From Paracoccaceae bacterium (GTDB taxonomy: Bacteria; Pseudomonadota; Alphaproteobacteria; Rhodobacterales; Rhodobacteraceae): 64,000 nucleotides of DNA. Numbering within the stretch: position 1 is the first letter of the stretch; each line of letters begins with the position of its first letter. The stretch lies in assembly GCA_030750975.1 (NCBI GenBank), contig JASMHC010000013.1, positions 61,262 to 125,261 of the forward strand, in the 5' to 3' direction. The translations under genes and the position numbers were made by a program. Below are positions 55,285 to 64,000 of this stretch, in pieces. The notes under the pieces were generated by a model. That model saw only the letters and a program-made list of their open reading frames with translations, had not been told where the DNA came from and ran no database searches.

Positions 55285-56004
55285 TCATATGGCGACGTTA
55301 TCGGAACCATCGCACTCTTGCTGACTATCATAGGCTTGTTCCTTTGATGTCGGGCGGCTTTCGAGCCGCCCTTCTAATTCTAGATGGGTGGGGACCACCC
55401 ATCCTACATTCCGAACCCCCTTGAAGACAGGATAATTCGGCTCGCCGTAGGATGGGTGCTCTGCACCCATCTTCCCGAACCCGCCGTCCAACGCATTTGA
55501 TGGGTGGGAACCACCCCATTCACGATCCACCTTGCCCAATCGCACATCCCGATGGATTGACGAATACGGCCAATCGGTTGGCACCTCACACATCCCATGT
55601 TTCACCGGATTGCCCCAATAATACCGGACATGCGCATCAAAATCGCTTTGATCCCTGATCGTATGCTCCCAAAACCGACGCTGCCAAATACCCCGCTCCC
55701 TCTTCTCACGCTTTGACGGCGAACTTTGCCCGAATACCCCCACCGCCCGGGAAAACCGCGCTTTGATCAACCGCCACCGGGTTGAATAATCCGCGTCCCC
55801 TTCTGGCAAGGTCCACACCGCATGCAGATGATCGGGCATCACCACAAATGCATCGCATCGCCACGGATACGTCCGCCACGTGGCCGCATAGGCTATCCGA
55901 AGATCGTCAATGTGATCAATCAACAGGCTGGACCCGCGCCGCTCTAACGCAACGGTGAAGAAATAGCTGCCGCCATTGAATTGGATGCGTCGGTAGTTGG
56001 TCAT
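55285..56004 (-). CDS. REP-associated tyrosine transposase (RAYT; IS200/IS605-like Y1 HUH family)
   Basis: HUH motif MPDHLHAVW and catalytic Tyr region RYYWGNPVKHG. The last ~65 codons read through the REP hairpins, so the true C-terminus is uncertain. Confidence 0.8.
   Translation of the reverse strand: MTNYRRIQFNGGSYFFTVALERRGSSLLIDHIDDLRIAYAATWRTYPWRCDAFVVMPDHLHAVWTLPEGDADYSTRWRLIKARFSRAVGVFGQSSPSKREKRERGIWQRRFWEHTIRDQSDFDAHVRYYWGNPVKHGMCEVPTDWPYSSIHRDVRLGKVDREWGGSHPSNALDGGFGKMGAEHPSYGEPNYPVFKGVRNVGWVVPTHLELEGRLESRPTSKEQAYDSQQECDGSDNVAI
55352..55378 (+). terminator. rho-independent-type hairpin
   Basis: GGGCGGC-TTTCGA-GCCGCCC followed by TTCTAATTCT. Confidence 0.5.
55383..55523. repeat. 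cluster of three REP hairpins 3' of the RAYT gene
   Basis: 55383-55407 GATGGGTGGGGACCACCCATCCTAC; 55447-55471 GTAGGATGGGTGCTCTGCACCCATC; 55499-55523 GATGGGTGGGAACCACCCCATTCAC (degenerate). Confidence 0.85.
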
Positions 56005-56251
56005 CGCAACACCATGCGCAAAGTTGGTTAACGGGGGATTGATGGGATCATACCCACATTTTACGCAAGAAATCCTGTCAACACCCCCCAAACACCCCCC
56101 TGATATTGAATAACCCGGCCGTTCAACCCTACCAATCCTTAAGAACCCGCCGGTCCTGACAGGCTTTGCGCCACGACAAGGACAATGCGGCGGAACTGGG
56201 ATAAGGTGGGGCCGTCCGCTTTACAAAAGAAGGATTGAAGGAGCCTAAAAC

Positions 56252-56881
56252 ATGAAACTATTCGCAACTGCCGCCGTCACCATGCTGATCGCCGCCCCCG
56301 CTGCCGCAGGCTATTGGGAGGTGCGCTGCACCACCGAAAGCGTTCCCTATCAGGAAGCCGTCGGCGCGAACCCGGAAGAGGTTTTGGGCGGGGCCATCAT
56401 CGGCGGGCTGGTTGGAGGGGCCGCGACGGATGAAAAGGCCGGTGCCCTGGTTGGCGCACTGATCGGGGGCGCGATTGCCAACGAGAATGCCGGAGGCACC
56501 GTCACCCGTTACCGCGATGTCGAGACATGCGCGAATGTCTGGATTCCCGAGCGTGTCACCGATACGGCCTATCTTGAGGACGTGCTGCGCGATCTGAACG
56601 CGGGCCGTGCGGTCAGCCGCGAAGTGGTGATGGATGTACAATACACTATCGGTGTCGGTTATGACGGTATCTGGGGGCCGAAATCCCGCGCGGCGGCCGA
56701 GGATTATCTGGTTAACCACGCGCCGGGTACCACGCCTGACGAGACGACAGAACCGCTGTTTTCGCTTGTGGTTAATGACGTTGTCATCGTCAGCTCAATC
56801 GACGTAACCGCGATCGATGAAATCAAGAAAGCGCTTGAACAGGCTGGTGTCGCTTCGGCCATTTTCGTCGATCTTCAATAG
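56252..56881 (+). CDS. secreted glycine-zipper protein with a peptidoglycan-binding-like repeat
   Basis: Signal peptide MKLFATAAVTMLIAAPAAAG. Gly-zipper GGAIIGGLVGGA...GALVGALIGGAIA. DGIWGPKSRAAAEDY resembles PG_binding_1. Confidence 0.55.
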   Translation: MKLFATAAVTMLIAAPAAAGYWEVRCTTESVPYQEAVGANPEEVLGGAIIGGLVGGAATDEKAGALVGALIGGAIANENAGGTVTRYRDVETCANVWIPERVTDTAYLEDVLRDLNAGRAVSREVVMDVQYTIGVGYDGIWGPKSRAAAEDYLVNHAPGTTPDETTEPLFSLVVNDVVIVSSIDVTAIDEIKKALEQAGVASAIFVDLQ

Positions 56882-56924
56882 CCGGTAAAGCGGGGCGATT
56901 ACGGCCCTGTATTCCGCAAAGAAT

Positions 56925-56960
56925 GCGGCCGCCCCCTTTTTGCGGGGCGGCCGTTTTTTT
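56925..56960 (+). terminator. strong rho-independent terminator
   Basis: GCGGCCGCCCC-CTTTTTGC-GGGGCGGCCG followed by TTTTTTT. Confidence 0.8.
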
Positions 56961-57022
56961 GCCCTTCAAAAAGCCGAAGGCGCACCCTACCTATCAGTCA
57001 ACAACAAATCATGGAGAGACAG

Positions 57023-57409
57023 ATGTCTTACACAATTGACCGCGTAATCACTGATGCAGATTTCGAAACCGTTGACGCGCGCGCGCGCAAGGCGTTGGCC
57101 GATGGCGGCTTTGGGGTTCTGACCGAGATTGATGTCAAAGCCACCATGAAAAAGAAGATCGACAAGGACATGGATGATTACCGCATCCTCGGTGCTTGCA
57201 ATCCCAACATGGCGTGGCAGGCCATCGGCATGGAATCCAAGGTCGGCGCCATGCTGCCCTGCAACGTGATCCTGCGCTCGGTCGAAGGCGGGGTTGAGGT
57301 GTCGGCGGTTGATCCCGTGGCCTCGATGTCGGGTATCGACAATGCCGATCTTAAGGGCGTCGCCGGTCAGGTTAAACAAATGCTGACCGATGTTGTAGCG
57401 GCAATCTAA
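57023..57409 (+). CDS. DUF302 domain protein
   Basis: FGVLTEIDVKATMKKK...YRILGACNP...AMLPCNV pattern is characteristic of DUF302. Confidence 0.7.
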   Translation: MSYTIDRVITDADFETVDARARKALADGGFGVLTEIDVKATMKKKIDKDMDDYRILGACNPNMAWQAIGMESKVGAMLPCNVILRSVEGGVEVSAVDPVASMSGIDNADLKGVAGQVKQMLTDVVAAI

Positions 57410-57605
57410 GGTGTTCCGCGATCGGCTTGTTTCACAAGTTGATTTCGCACCGCGCGTTTTGCCAAGGTGCCCGGTCGCAACACCTTGGCGAACCGTTTAG
57501 CGTCCGGCAATTACGTGCGATAAACTTAATATTTGCCAGATCACATGCCGATCTTCTAATATCAACCTGTCCCGATCAACGAGGACAGGCATAGGGAGGA
57601 TTGCC

Positions 57606-57950
57606 ATGAAACTAAAATCAATCGGTCTACTCACCGCAGCCGCGATGATGTTCGTCTCGGCTGCAAGCGCGGAAATCTATATCCGGCCCCATAAGAAAGG
57701 GGATCAGGAAATCGATGTGACCATCCAGGACGGCACGCTGTGGTGCACCCGCGTTTCGGACGGGTTCGAGATGTGCAACGGCATGGTTGAAGGCGAAGAT
57801 TTTCGCTGGCGCGGCAAGAACATGCGTCATCCGGACATGCCGAAATGGATGAAGTTCAACGGCACCGTATCCTTCCTTGAAGGCGGGTTGAATATCCGTG
57901 GCTGCGCCGTCGGGTTCTGCGATGGCGAGGATTGGACCAAGGCCGAATAA
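57606..57950 (+). CDS. small secreted Cys-containing hypothetical protein
   Basis: Signal peptide MKLKSIGLLTAAAMMFVSAASA, four Cys, GGGAGG RBS. Confidence 0.5.
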   Translation: MKLKSIGLLTAAAMMFVSAASAEIYIRPHKKGDQEIDVTIQDGTLWCTRVSDGFEMCNGMVEGEDFRWRGKNMRHPDMPKWMKFNGTVSFLEGGLNIRGCAVGFCDGEDWTKAE

Positions 57951-58064
57951 GCGCCCCTGCTAAAAGCGTTTTAGAGGCATCGGTTGGTTTTGAAACGCGC
58001 ACAACGTCACCACGTTTCGCGCGTTTCACCTTAATGGTGCGTCTCAACAAAATGGCGAAACGGT

Positions 58065-58292
58065 TTAGTGCACGGCAACTGGTGAAAGATCGTTCTGACG
58101 TGCCAGAACAAAGGCCAGCTTGCGGTCTTTCACCAAGGCCAGACGTTCACCGTCTTCGGCATGGACGGCGTAGAGCGTCTCGACATTGCCGACCTGTGCG
58201 CGGATATCCTCGGGCAGGTCCACCGCTTTGACGGGGCGGACATAAACGATCCGGTCGCCCGCTTCCGGGCCGAAATCAAATTTGTGATCCAT
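58065..58292 (-). CDS. DUF1150 family protein
   Basis: 75 aa with IVYVRPV...LYAVHAEDGERLALV pattern. Sits immediately downstream of the Hsp20 gene, as is usual for this family in alphaproteobacteria. Confidence 0.65.
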   Translation of the reverse strand: MDHKFDFGPEAGDRIVYVRPVKAVDLPEDIRAQVGNVETLYAVHAEDGERLALVKDRKLAFVLARQNDLSPVAVH

Positions 58293-58295
58293 GGC

Positions 58296-58709
58296 TTACC
58301 CCTTTTTGATGTTGATGGTCTGCACCACCGTTTCGGGCTGTGATTTCGTCAGGTCCACATGCAGCAGGCCGTTCTCCATCACCGCGTCGCCCACTTCCAC
58401 GCCATCGGCCAGCACAAAGCTGCGCTGGAATTGGCGGGCGGCGATGCCGCGATGCAGGAAGACGCGGCCATCGTTGTCGTCGGTCTGCCGGCCACGGATC
58501 ACCAGAGCGCGGTCCTCAAGTGTGATTTGCAGGTCATCCATGCGGAAACCAGCCACCGCAAGCGTGATGCGGTACGAGGTCGCCGAGGTTTGTTCGATAT
58601 TATAGGGCGGGTATCCGTCATTGCCGGATTTGGCGGTGCGCTCAACCAGGCGCTCCAGCTCGTCAAAGCCCAGAAGATAGGGGTGTGCCCCCAGGGTCAG
58701 TTTCGTCAT
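58296..58709 (-). CDS. ibpA: Hsp20/alpha-crystallin small heat-shock protein
   Basis: Alpha-crystallin domain (YPPYNIE....YRITLAVAGF..., F.R.F.L...V). ATG 58709 lies 7 nt after AAGGA. Confidence 0.88.
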   Translation of the reverse strand: MTKLTLGAHPYLLGFDELERLVERTAKSGNDGYPPYNIEQTSATSYRITLAVAGFRMDDLQITLEDRALVIRGRQTDDNDGRVFLHRGIAARQFQRSFVLADGVEVGDAVMENGLLHVDLTKSQPETVVQTINIKKG

Positions 58710-58775
58710 CGACACGTCCTTTTGCGTTAAGCGACAGTCAGCTGCGGCCCCGTTGCGGCGACCGCGTTACTAGGA

Positions 58776-58804
58776 ATATGGGGCCATAGCGCGGGCCATG
58801 CAAG
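58776..58804 (-). promoter_or_regulatory. candidate RpoH (sigma32) promoter of ibpA
   Basis: Minus strand reads CTTGCA, 15 nt, CCCCATAT, versus consensus CTTGAA-N13-17-CCCCATnT. Confidence 0.45.
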
Positions 58805-58874
58805 TGCTTGGATAATCAATAGGTTTGCGGTAGCATCGCGGCACGCAGAGCTGCCCCTTTGGTGGAATCACCTG

Positions 58875-59099
58875 ATGAATGCCCAATTTGAAATTGAAAT
58901 GAAGACCGACGACGTGCTGCGCGTCGAGCTTGAGGTGTTCCGGCAAGAGCATCGCGATCTTGACGAGGCGATCCATGCGCTGATCGAAAAGGGCACAGCG
59001 GACCGTTTGACCATCCAGCGGCTGAAGAAAAAGAAGCTGGGGTTGAAGGATATCATCGCGCGGATCGAAGACCGGCTGACGCCTGATATCATCGCCTGA
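58875..59099 (+). CDS. DUF465 (YdcH-like) protein
   Basis: 74 aa with the characteristic [12 protein letters not shown]...LKKKKL pattern. Confidence 0.7.
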   Translation: MNAQFEIEMKTDDVLRVELEVFRQEHRDLDEAIHALIEKGTADRLTIQRLKKKKLGLKDIIARIEDRLTPDIIA

Positions 59100-59157
59100 A
59101 TTTCGTTGCATCGCAGCATCATCCGACTATAGTGCGCCGCTCTTGAAGGAGAAGGCA

Positions 59158-59643
59158 ATGAACGCAGTCAAGGTCGGCATCATCATGGGCAGCCAGTCGG
59201 ACTGGTCCACCATGAAAGAGGCAGCGGATGTTCTGGATGAACTGGGCATTGCCTACGAGAAAAAGATCGTCTCGGCGCACCGGACCCCCGACCGTCTTTG
59301 GGACTATGGTAAAACCGCGGTTGACCGGGGCCTTCATGTGATTATCGCCGGCGCGGGCGGTGCCGCGCATTTGCCCGGCATGATGGCTTCGAAGACCCGT
59401 GTACCGGTGATTGGTATTCCGGTGCAGACCAATGCGCTGTCGGGTGTCGACAGCCTGTATTCCATCCTGCAAATGCCGCGTGGCTTTCCCGTGGCCACCA
59501 TGGCCATCGGGGCCGCTGGTGCCAAGAATGGCGGGCTGATGGCGGCGGCGATCCTTGCCACCATGGATGTAGACATCGCGGCCCGACTTGATCGCTGGCG
59601 GGCAGAGCTGTCGGCATCGATCCCCGAGGAACCTCAGGGATGA
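59158..59643 (+). CDS. purE: 5-(carboxyamino)imidazole ribonucleotide mutase
   Basis: [18 protein letters not shown] and [11 protein letters not shown] motifs. GAAGGAG RBS. Confidence 0.95.
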   Translation: MNAVKVGIIMGSQSDWSTMKEAADVLDELGIAYEKKIVSAHRTPDRLWDYGKTAVDRGLHVIIAGAGGAAHLPGMMASKTRVPVIGIPVQTNALSGVDSLYSILQMPRGFPVATMAIGAAGAKNGGLMAAAILATMDVDIAARLDRWRAELSASIPEEPQG

Positions 59644-60395
59644 GCCGCATCGGTCTGATCGGCACCGGCCATATCGGCGGACCGATCGCCCGATTTCTGG
59701 CGGCCAAAGGCCACGAGATACTTGTGACGGAACGCAGTTCAAAGGTCTCAGCACGTCTTGCAAAAGAGAACGGCGTTAAAATTGGTTCACCTCAGGCGGT
59801 ATTGGACGGATCGGATATCGTATTCCTCTGCCTGCGTCCGCAAGCGGCAGACGCCATACTGCGCCCCCTTGTATTCCGTCCCGATCACCAGATCGTGTCG
59901 GTGATGGCGGGCGTGTCACAAGACCGGCTGGCCCGCATGTGCCATCCCGCCCGCGATTTCACCCAGTTTGTTCCTCTGGGATTTCTTGAAAAAGGCGGCT
60001 TTCCCACAGCTGCGTTTGGCAATCCCCGTATGCTCGCCGCCCTGTTTGAGCCTGAAAACCCCGTGATCGCCCTGAAGGACGAAGGCGAGTTGAACGCCCA
60101 TATGGCCGCCTGTTCCAGTGTTCCGGGTATTCTGGATTTGCTCGGCACGGTATCCGGCTGGCTGGCAGAACAGACTGGAAATGGTGAAAAAGCGGAATTC
60201 TACACAAGCCAGCTTCTTGCGGGTTTTCTTGCGACCATGGATAAGACAGGCGCGGGGCAACTGGCGGCCGCGCGGGATGAGCTGGCGACCGAAGGCACCT
60301 ATAGCCTGAACATGACCACGATCCTTCGCAACAAAGGCGCCCATGATGCGCTGCGCGAAGCCCTGACCGAAAACAAGACACGGATGGACACCTGA
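59640..60395 (+). CDS. pyrroline-5-carboxylate-reductase-like NAD(P)-binding protein
   Basis: Rossmann motif [17 protein letters not shown] and [10 protein letters not shown]...VSVMAGV pattern. ATGA overlap with purE; ends 2 nt before purK. Confidence 0.6.
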   Translation: MSRIGLIGTGHIGGPIARFLAAKGHEILVTERSSKVSARLAKENGVKIGSPQAVLDGSDIVFLCLRPQAADAILRPLVFRPDHQIVSVMAGVSQDRLARMCHPARDFTQFVPLGFLEKGGFPTAAFGNPRMLAALFEPENPVIALKDEGELNAHMAACSSVPGILDLLGTVSGWLAEQTGNGEKAEFYTSQLLAGFLATMDKTGAGQLAAARDELATEGTYSLNMTTILRNKGAHDALREALTENKTRMDT

Positions 60396-60397
60396 CG

Positions 60398-61468
60398 ATG
60401 ACAAACCCACTGCCCCAGGGCGCGACCATTGGAATAATTGGCGGCGGCCAGTTGGGCCGCATGCTGTCGGTTGCCGCCGCGCGTTTGGGTTTCAAAAGCC
60501 ATATATTCGAACCGGGCGCCAACCCGCCGGCGGCCCAGGTGGCCGATGCGGTTACGACCTCCGGTTACGATGATGCCGCCGCGCTGAAAGCCTTTGCGAC
60601 CAGCGTCGATGTGATCACCTATGAGTTTGAAAACATCCCCACCGACGCCCTGGATATTGTCGAAGCAATCCGCCCCGTCCACCCGCGCCGCGAAGCGCTA
60701 AGGGTGTCGCAGGACCGGTTGGTTGAAAAAGCCTTCCTGTCCGAGCTTGGATTGAAGACGGCCCCTTTTGCGGCGGTCGATGATGCGGTCGATCTGGCCG
60801 AGGCGATGCAGGAAATCGGTTTGCCCGCGATCCTGAAAACCCGCCGTTTCGGTTATGACGGCAAGGGGCAGGCGCGGATCATGACCACGGACGATGCCGA
60901 ACAGGCTTTGACTGACATGGCGGGTGCGCCCTCGATCCTTGAGGGTTTCGTGGATTTCAGCCACGAGGTTTCGGTTATCGCCGCCCGAGGTGTGGACGGG
61001 CAGGTCGCCTGTTTTGATCCGGGCGAAAATGTCCATGAAGGGGGGATCCTGCGCACCACGACGGTTCCGGCGCGGCTAAGCACGGCGCAACGCACCGATG
61101 CGGTTTTGCTGGCGGCGCAAATCCTTAACAGGCTGCAATATGTCGGCGTGATGGGGGTTGAGCTGTTCGTGACGCCGAAAGGTCTGATCGTCAATGAAAT
61201 TGCTCCGCGTGTGCATAATTCGGGCCATTGGACACAGAACGGCTGTACCGTGGATCAGTTTGAACAGCATATCCGCGCCGTGGCCGGATGGCCCTTGGGC
61301 GACGGGCAGCGGCATTCGGATGTGGTGATGGAAAACCTGATCGGCGAAGATATGGACCGCGTGCCCGAGATTGCCCGAGAACCAAACGCGGCATTGCATC
61401 TTTATGGCAAGGCCGAAACCAAACCGGGGCGCAAGATGGGCCATGTCAACCGGGTGGCGAAAGCCTGA
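60398..61468 (+). CDS. purK: 5-(carboxyamino)imidazole ribonucleotide synthase
   Basis: ATP-grasp (IGIIGGGQLGRML, ILKTRRFGYDGKGQ, NEIAPRVHNSGHWT). Confidence 0.93.
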   Translation: MTNPLPQGATIGIIGGGQLGRMLSVAAARLGFKSHIFEPGANPPAAQVADAVTTSGYDDAAALKAFATSVDVITYEFENIPTDALDIVEAIRPVHPRREALRVSQDRLVEKAFLSELGLKTAPFAAVDDAVDLAEAMQEIGLPAILKTRRFGYDGKGQARIMTTDDAEQALTDMAGAPSILEGFVDFSHEVSVIAARGVDGQVACFDPGENVHEGGILRTTTVPARLSTAQRTDAVLLAAQILNRLQYVGVMGVELFVTPKGLIVNEIAPRVHNSGHWTQNGCTVDQFEQHIRAVAGWPLGDGQRHSDVVMENLIGEDMDRVPEIAREPNAALHLYGKAETKPGRKMGHVNRVAKA

Positions 61469-61491
61469 GTTCTTGGGGTCCACATCCTGCC

Positions 61492-61521
61492 AAAGCCGCG
61501 CCCTGAGGGAAGCGCGGCTTT
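61492..61521. terminator. bidirectional terminator hairpin (purK / TerB-like gene)
   Basis: AAAGCCGCGC-CCTGAGGGAA-GCGCGGCTTT. Confidence 0.6.
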
Positions 61522-61542
61522 GATGTGCTTACAAGACAGGTC

Positions 61543-61968
61543 TTACAGCGTCGTATGACGCGCCCGCGCCCCGCGCTCGATGGCGGCGGCATGCAGCCGG
61601 TCAATATTCAGCTCATACCGGATTTCTTCCAAAAGCCGCGCTTCCGCGTCAAGAATATGCCCGTCCGCCGCAGCCACGTCGCAGGCCATGGCATAGGCCG
61701 TTTCCCACAGTTTTTCTGGCAGGTTGTCCCGCACAAGCCCGAACAGGGCGTCCAGCCCGTCTTCTTGTTCGAAAAGGTCCAGAACCACACGGCTGACAAC
61801 CTCGATCCGGTCGGCGTCATAATTGGCAAATACCGGCAGGTGGTTCACCTGGGTCTGGATGCGGATCAGCTCGGAAGTGCGCATATTCTGGTCCGAGGCG
61901 GACACAGCGACCATCACGGCGATCAGACAGTCTTCGGGGGATAGCGGATGGGGTTCCGGTCGGCTCAC
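61543..61968 (-). CDS. TerB-like (tellurite-resistance TerB family) protein
   Basis: 141 aa with paired helical repeats containing acidic motifs (VSASDQNMRTSE..., CDVAAADGHILDAEARLLEEI). GTG 61968 follows AAGGA. Confidence 0.55.
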   Translation of the reverse strand: MSRPEPHPLSPEDCLIAVMVAVSASDQNMRTSELIRIQTQVNHLPVFANYDADRIEVVSRVVLDLFEQEDGLDALFGLVRDNLPEKLWETAYAMACDVAAADGHILDAEARLLEEIRYELNIDRLHAAAIERGARARHTTL

Positions 61969-62082
61969 GTTTTGTCCTTTCCAAGGCTTGTTGCGGTGCA
62001 GAATATTGACGAGCGCCCCTCTCGGCAATAGGGAGGGGCCTTGTTCCGGCATATAAGAGACCGGATGCCAATGGAGAAGATC

Positions 62083-63726
62083 ATGTCCGACCTGCGCGAC
62101 GCCGCGATGAGCACCAAAGCCTGGCCCTTTGAAGAGGCGCGCCGGTTGCTCAAACGCTATGAAAAGGCGCCGCCGGAAAAGGGCCATGTGCTTTTTGAAA
62201 CCGGCTATGGCCCGTCAGGTCTGCCGCATATCGGTACGTTCGGCGAGGTGCTGCGCACCACGATGATCCGCCGCGCATTCGAAGTGATCTCGGACATTCC
62301 GACCCGGCTGATCTGTTTCTCGGACGATCTGGACGGGATGCGCAAGGTGCCGGGCAATGTGCCGAACCAAGAGATGATGCAGGAACATCTGCAAAAGCCG
62401 CTGACCTCGGTGCCCGATCCGTTCGGAACCCATGACAGCTTTGGCGATCACAACAATGCCATGCTGCGCCGGTTCCTTGATACGTTCGGGTTTGAGTATG
62501 AATTTTACTCGGCCACCGAATTCTATCGCTCGGGCAAGTTTGACGACGTGTTGCTGCGGGCAGCGGAACGCTATGACGATGTGATGAAGATCATGTTGAA
62601 GTCACTGCGCGAGGAACGCCGCCAGACCTATTCGATCTTCCTGCCGATCCACCCCGAAACCGGTCGCGTGCTTTACGTGCCGATGAAGAACGTCGATGCG
62701 GCCAGGGGCGAGATTACCTTTGACGACGAGGACGGCAAGGAATGGACCCTGCCTGTCACTGGCGGCAACGTGAAATTGCAGTGGAAGCCGGATTTTGGCG
62801 CCCGCTGGGCGGCGCTGGGCGTGGATTTTGAAATGTACGGCAAGGACCACTCGACCAACACGCCGATCTATGACGGCATCTGCCGTGTGCTGGGGCAACG
62901 CGCGCCCGAGCATTTCACGTATGAGCTGTTTCTGGATGACAAGGGCCAGAAGATTTCCAAGTCTTCAGGTAACGGGATTTCGATTGACGAATGGCTGACC
63001 TATGCCTCGACCGAAAGCCTGTCTTATTTCATGTACCAAAAGCCCAAGACCGCGAAGCGTCTCTTCTTTGACGTGATCCCGCGGGCGATGGATGAGTATC
63101 ACCAGCAGTTGCGGGCTTACGTGGCGCAGGACGCCAAGCAGCGGGTGAACAATCCCGTATACCACATCCATAATGGCGAGGTTCCGGCCTCGGATATGGT
63201 GGTGCCATTCTCGATGCTGCTGAACCTTGCATCGGCATCTTCGGCCGAAGACAAGTCGCAAATGTGGGGCTTTATCGGGAAATACGCTCCGGACGCCTCG
63301 CCCGAAACCCATCCGGGTCTGGATGCGGCGGCAGGCTATGCGGTGCGCTATTTCAACGATTTCGTGAAGCCGACCAAAGTGTTTCGCGCGCCCACCGATC
63401 AGGAACGGGCCGCACTTGAGGATCTGGCGGCGGCCCTGCGGTCGTCGGATGTGGCGCTTGATCAGATTGCGCGGAAAAATGCGGCGTCTGGAAGTGATGA
63501 TCCACTGCCGGAAACGGATTACGCAAACGAGGATTTCCTGCAATCCATCGTCTTCGCGGTCGGCAAGAATCACGGGTTCGAGCCTTTGCGTGATTGGTTC
63601 AAAGCGATCTACGAGGTGTTGCTGGGTGCGTCACAAGGCCCGCGCTTTGGTGGGTTCATCGCGCTTTACGGGGTTGAGGAAAGCATCGCCCTGATCGAAA
63701 AAGGTCTGGCCGGAAAGCTGGGGTAA
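62083..63726 (+). CDS. lysK: lysine--tRNA ligase, class I
   Basis: Class I LysRS signatures: [12 protein letters not shown] (HIGH-like) and KISKSSGNG (KMSKS-like). 547 aa. Confidence 0.9.
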   Translation: MSDLRDAAMSTKAWPFEEARRLLKRYEKAPPEKGHVLFETGYGPSGLPHIGTFGEVLRTTMIRRAFEVISDIPTRLICFSDDLDGMRKVPGNVPNQEMMQEHLQKPLTSVPDPFGTHDSFGDHNNAMLRRFLDTFGFEYEFYSATEFYRSGKFDDVLLRAAERYDDVMKIMLKSLREERRQTYSIFLPIHPETGRVLYVPMKNVDAARGEITFDDEDGKEWTLPVTGGNVKLQWKPDFGARWAALGVDFEMYGKDHSTNTPIYDGICRVLGQRAPEHFTYELFLDDKGQKISKSSGNGISIDEWLTYASTESLSYFMYQKPKTAKRLFFDVIPRAMDEYHQQLRAYVAQDAKQRVNNPVYHIHNGEVPASDMVVPFSMLLNLASASSAEDKSQMWGFIGKYAPDASPETHPGLDAAAGYAVRYFNDFVKPTKVFRAPTDQERAALEDLAAALRSSDVALDQIARKNAASGSDDPLPETDYANEDFLQSIVFAVGKNHGFEPLRDWFKAIYEVLLGASQGPRFGGFIALYGVEESIALIEKGLAGKLG

Positions 63727-63753
63727 TCCTTTTTTAACAACAGGTTCGCCGCG

Positions 63754-63787
63754 GGCGGCAGGGGAAACCCAGCCGCCTGTTTTCGTT
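63754..63787 (+). terminator. rho-independent terminator of lysK
   Basis: GGCGGC-AGGGGAAACCCA-GCCGCC followed by TGTTTTCGTTT. Confidence 0.55.
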
Positions 63788-64000
63788 TGGGAAGCGTAAT
63801 TCCCACCCTTGTTACAATTCGTTAGATTCAGGAAATTATCGGGAAATAATTGACCCGTAGCCATAGGTCCATGCCCAATGGGGAAAAGATTCGCGCAAGC
63901 GGGTCTGCCGCGACAACAGCGGCAATCGGGAGGAGAAAATTTTGGCACAACCGTCACCGGACAGCGGGCTTCAGTCGATCCCCGCTTTGCTCAAGCGCAA

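Noticed and set aside
55383-55523. CRISPR-like array (repeated 25-nt hairpins)
   Set aside because: Only three copies, in alternating orientation with irregular spacers of 27-39 nt, no cas genes, and adjacent to a RAYT. These are REP elements.
63942-64000. Possible start of a + strand gene (GGGAGGAG, 6 nt, TTG; MAQPSPDSGLQSIPALLKR…) running off the window
   Set aside because: Only 19 codons are visible and there is no recognisable motif, which is insufficient evidence to call a CDS.

Overview
High-GC alphaproteobacterial chromosomal segment; the Rhodobacteraceae-like assignment is an inference from gene content: class I LysRS, HisZ plus short HisG, an atpHAGDC F1 operon, CIRCE-groESL and many alpha-specific DUF genes. 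About 60 genes are present, mostly housekeeping: dnaE (3' part), slyX, hisS-hisZ-hisG, nrdJ, rpsD, hisC-tyrC, clpA, gloB, atpHAGDC, prs, ribF, ppaC, groESL, dacB, nadD, ettA, purE/purK and lysK. I saw no rRNA, tRNA or CRISPR array. All protein calls come from reading motifs in the supplied translations; no database search was possible. Items worth a second look: (1) a full-length LAGLIDADG intein splits nrdJ exactly at the catalytic TNP|CGEQ motif. (2) A bacterial intein-like (Hint) protein lies 1.2 kb downstream of nrdJ. (3) A translationally coupled MotA-like/MotB-like pair has a ~700-aa coiled coil between the TM anchor and the OmpA domain of the MotB-like protein. This uncharacterised stator-like module is my best candidate for an undescribed system. 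(4) A chromosomal ccdAB toxin-antitoxin cassette sits between the atp operon and prs. (5) A REP-associated tyrosine transposase carries three adjacent REP hairpins, and an identical REP doublet lies 47 kb away. (6) A second, unrelated ~65-nt two-hairpin intergenic repeat family occurs in four copies. (7) A lower-GC orphan patch contains two mini-ORFs and a strong terminator. Non-ORF coordinates were counted by hand and may be off by a base or two.
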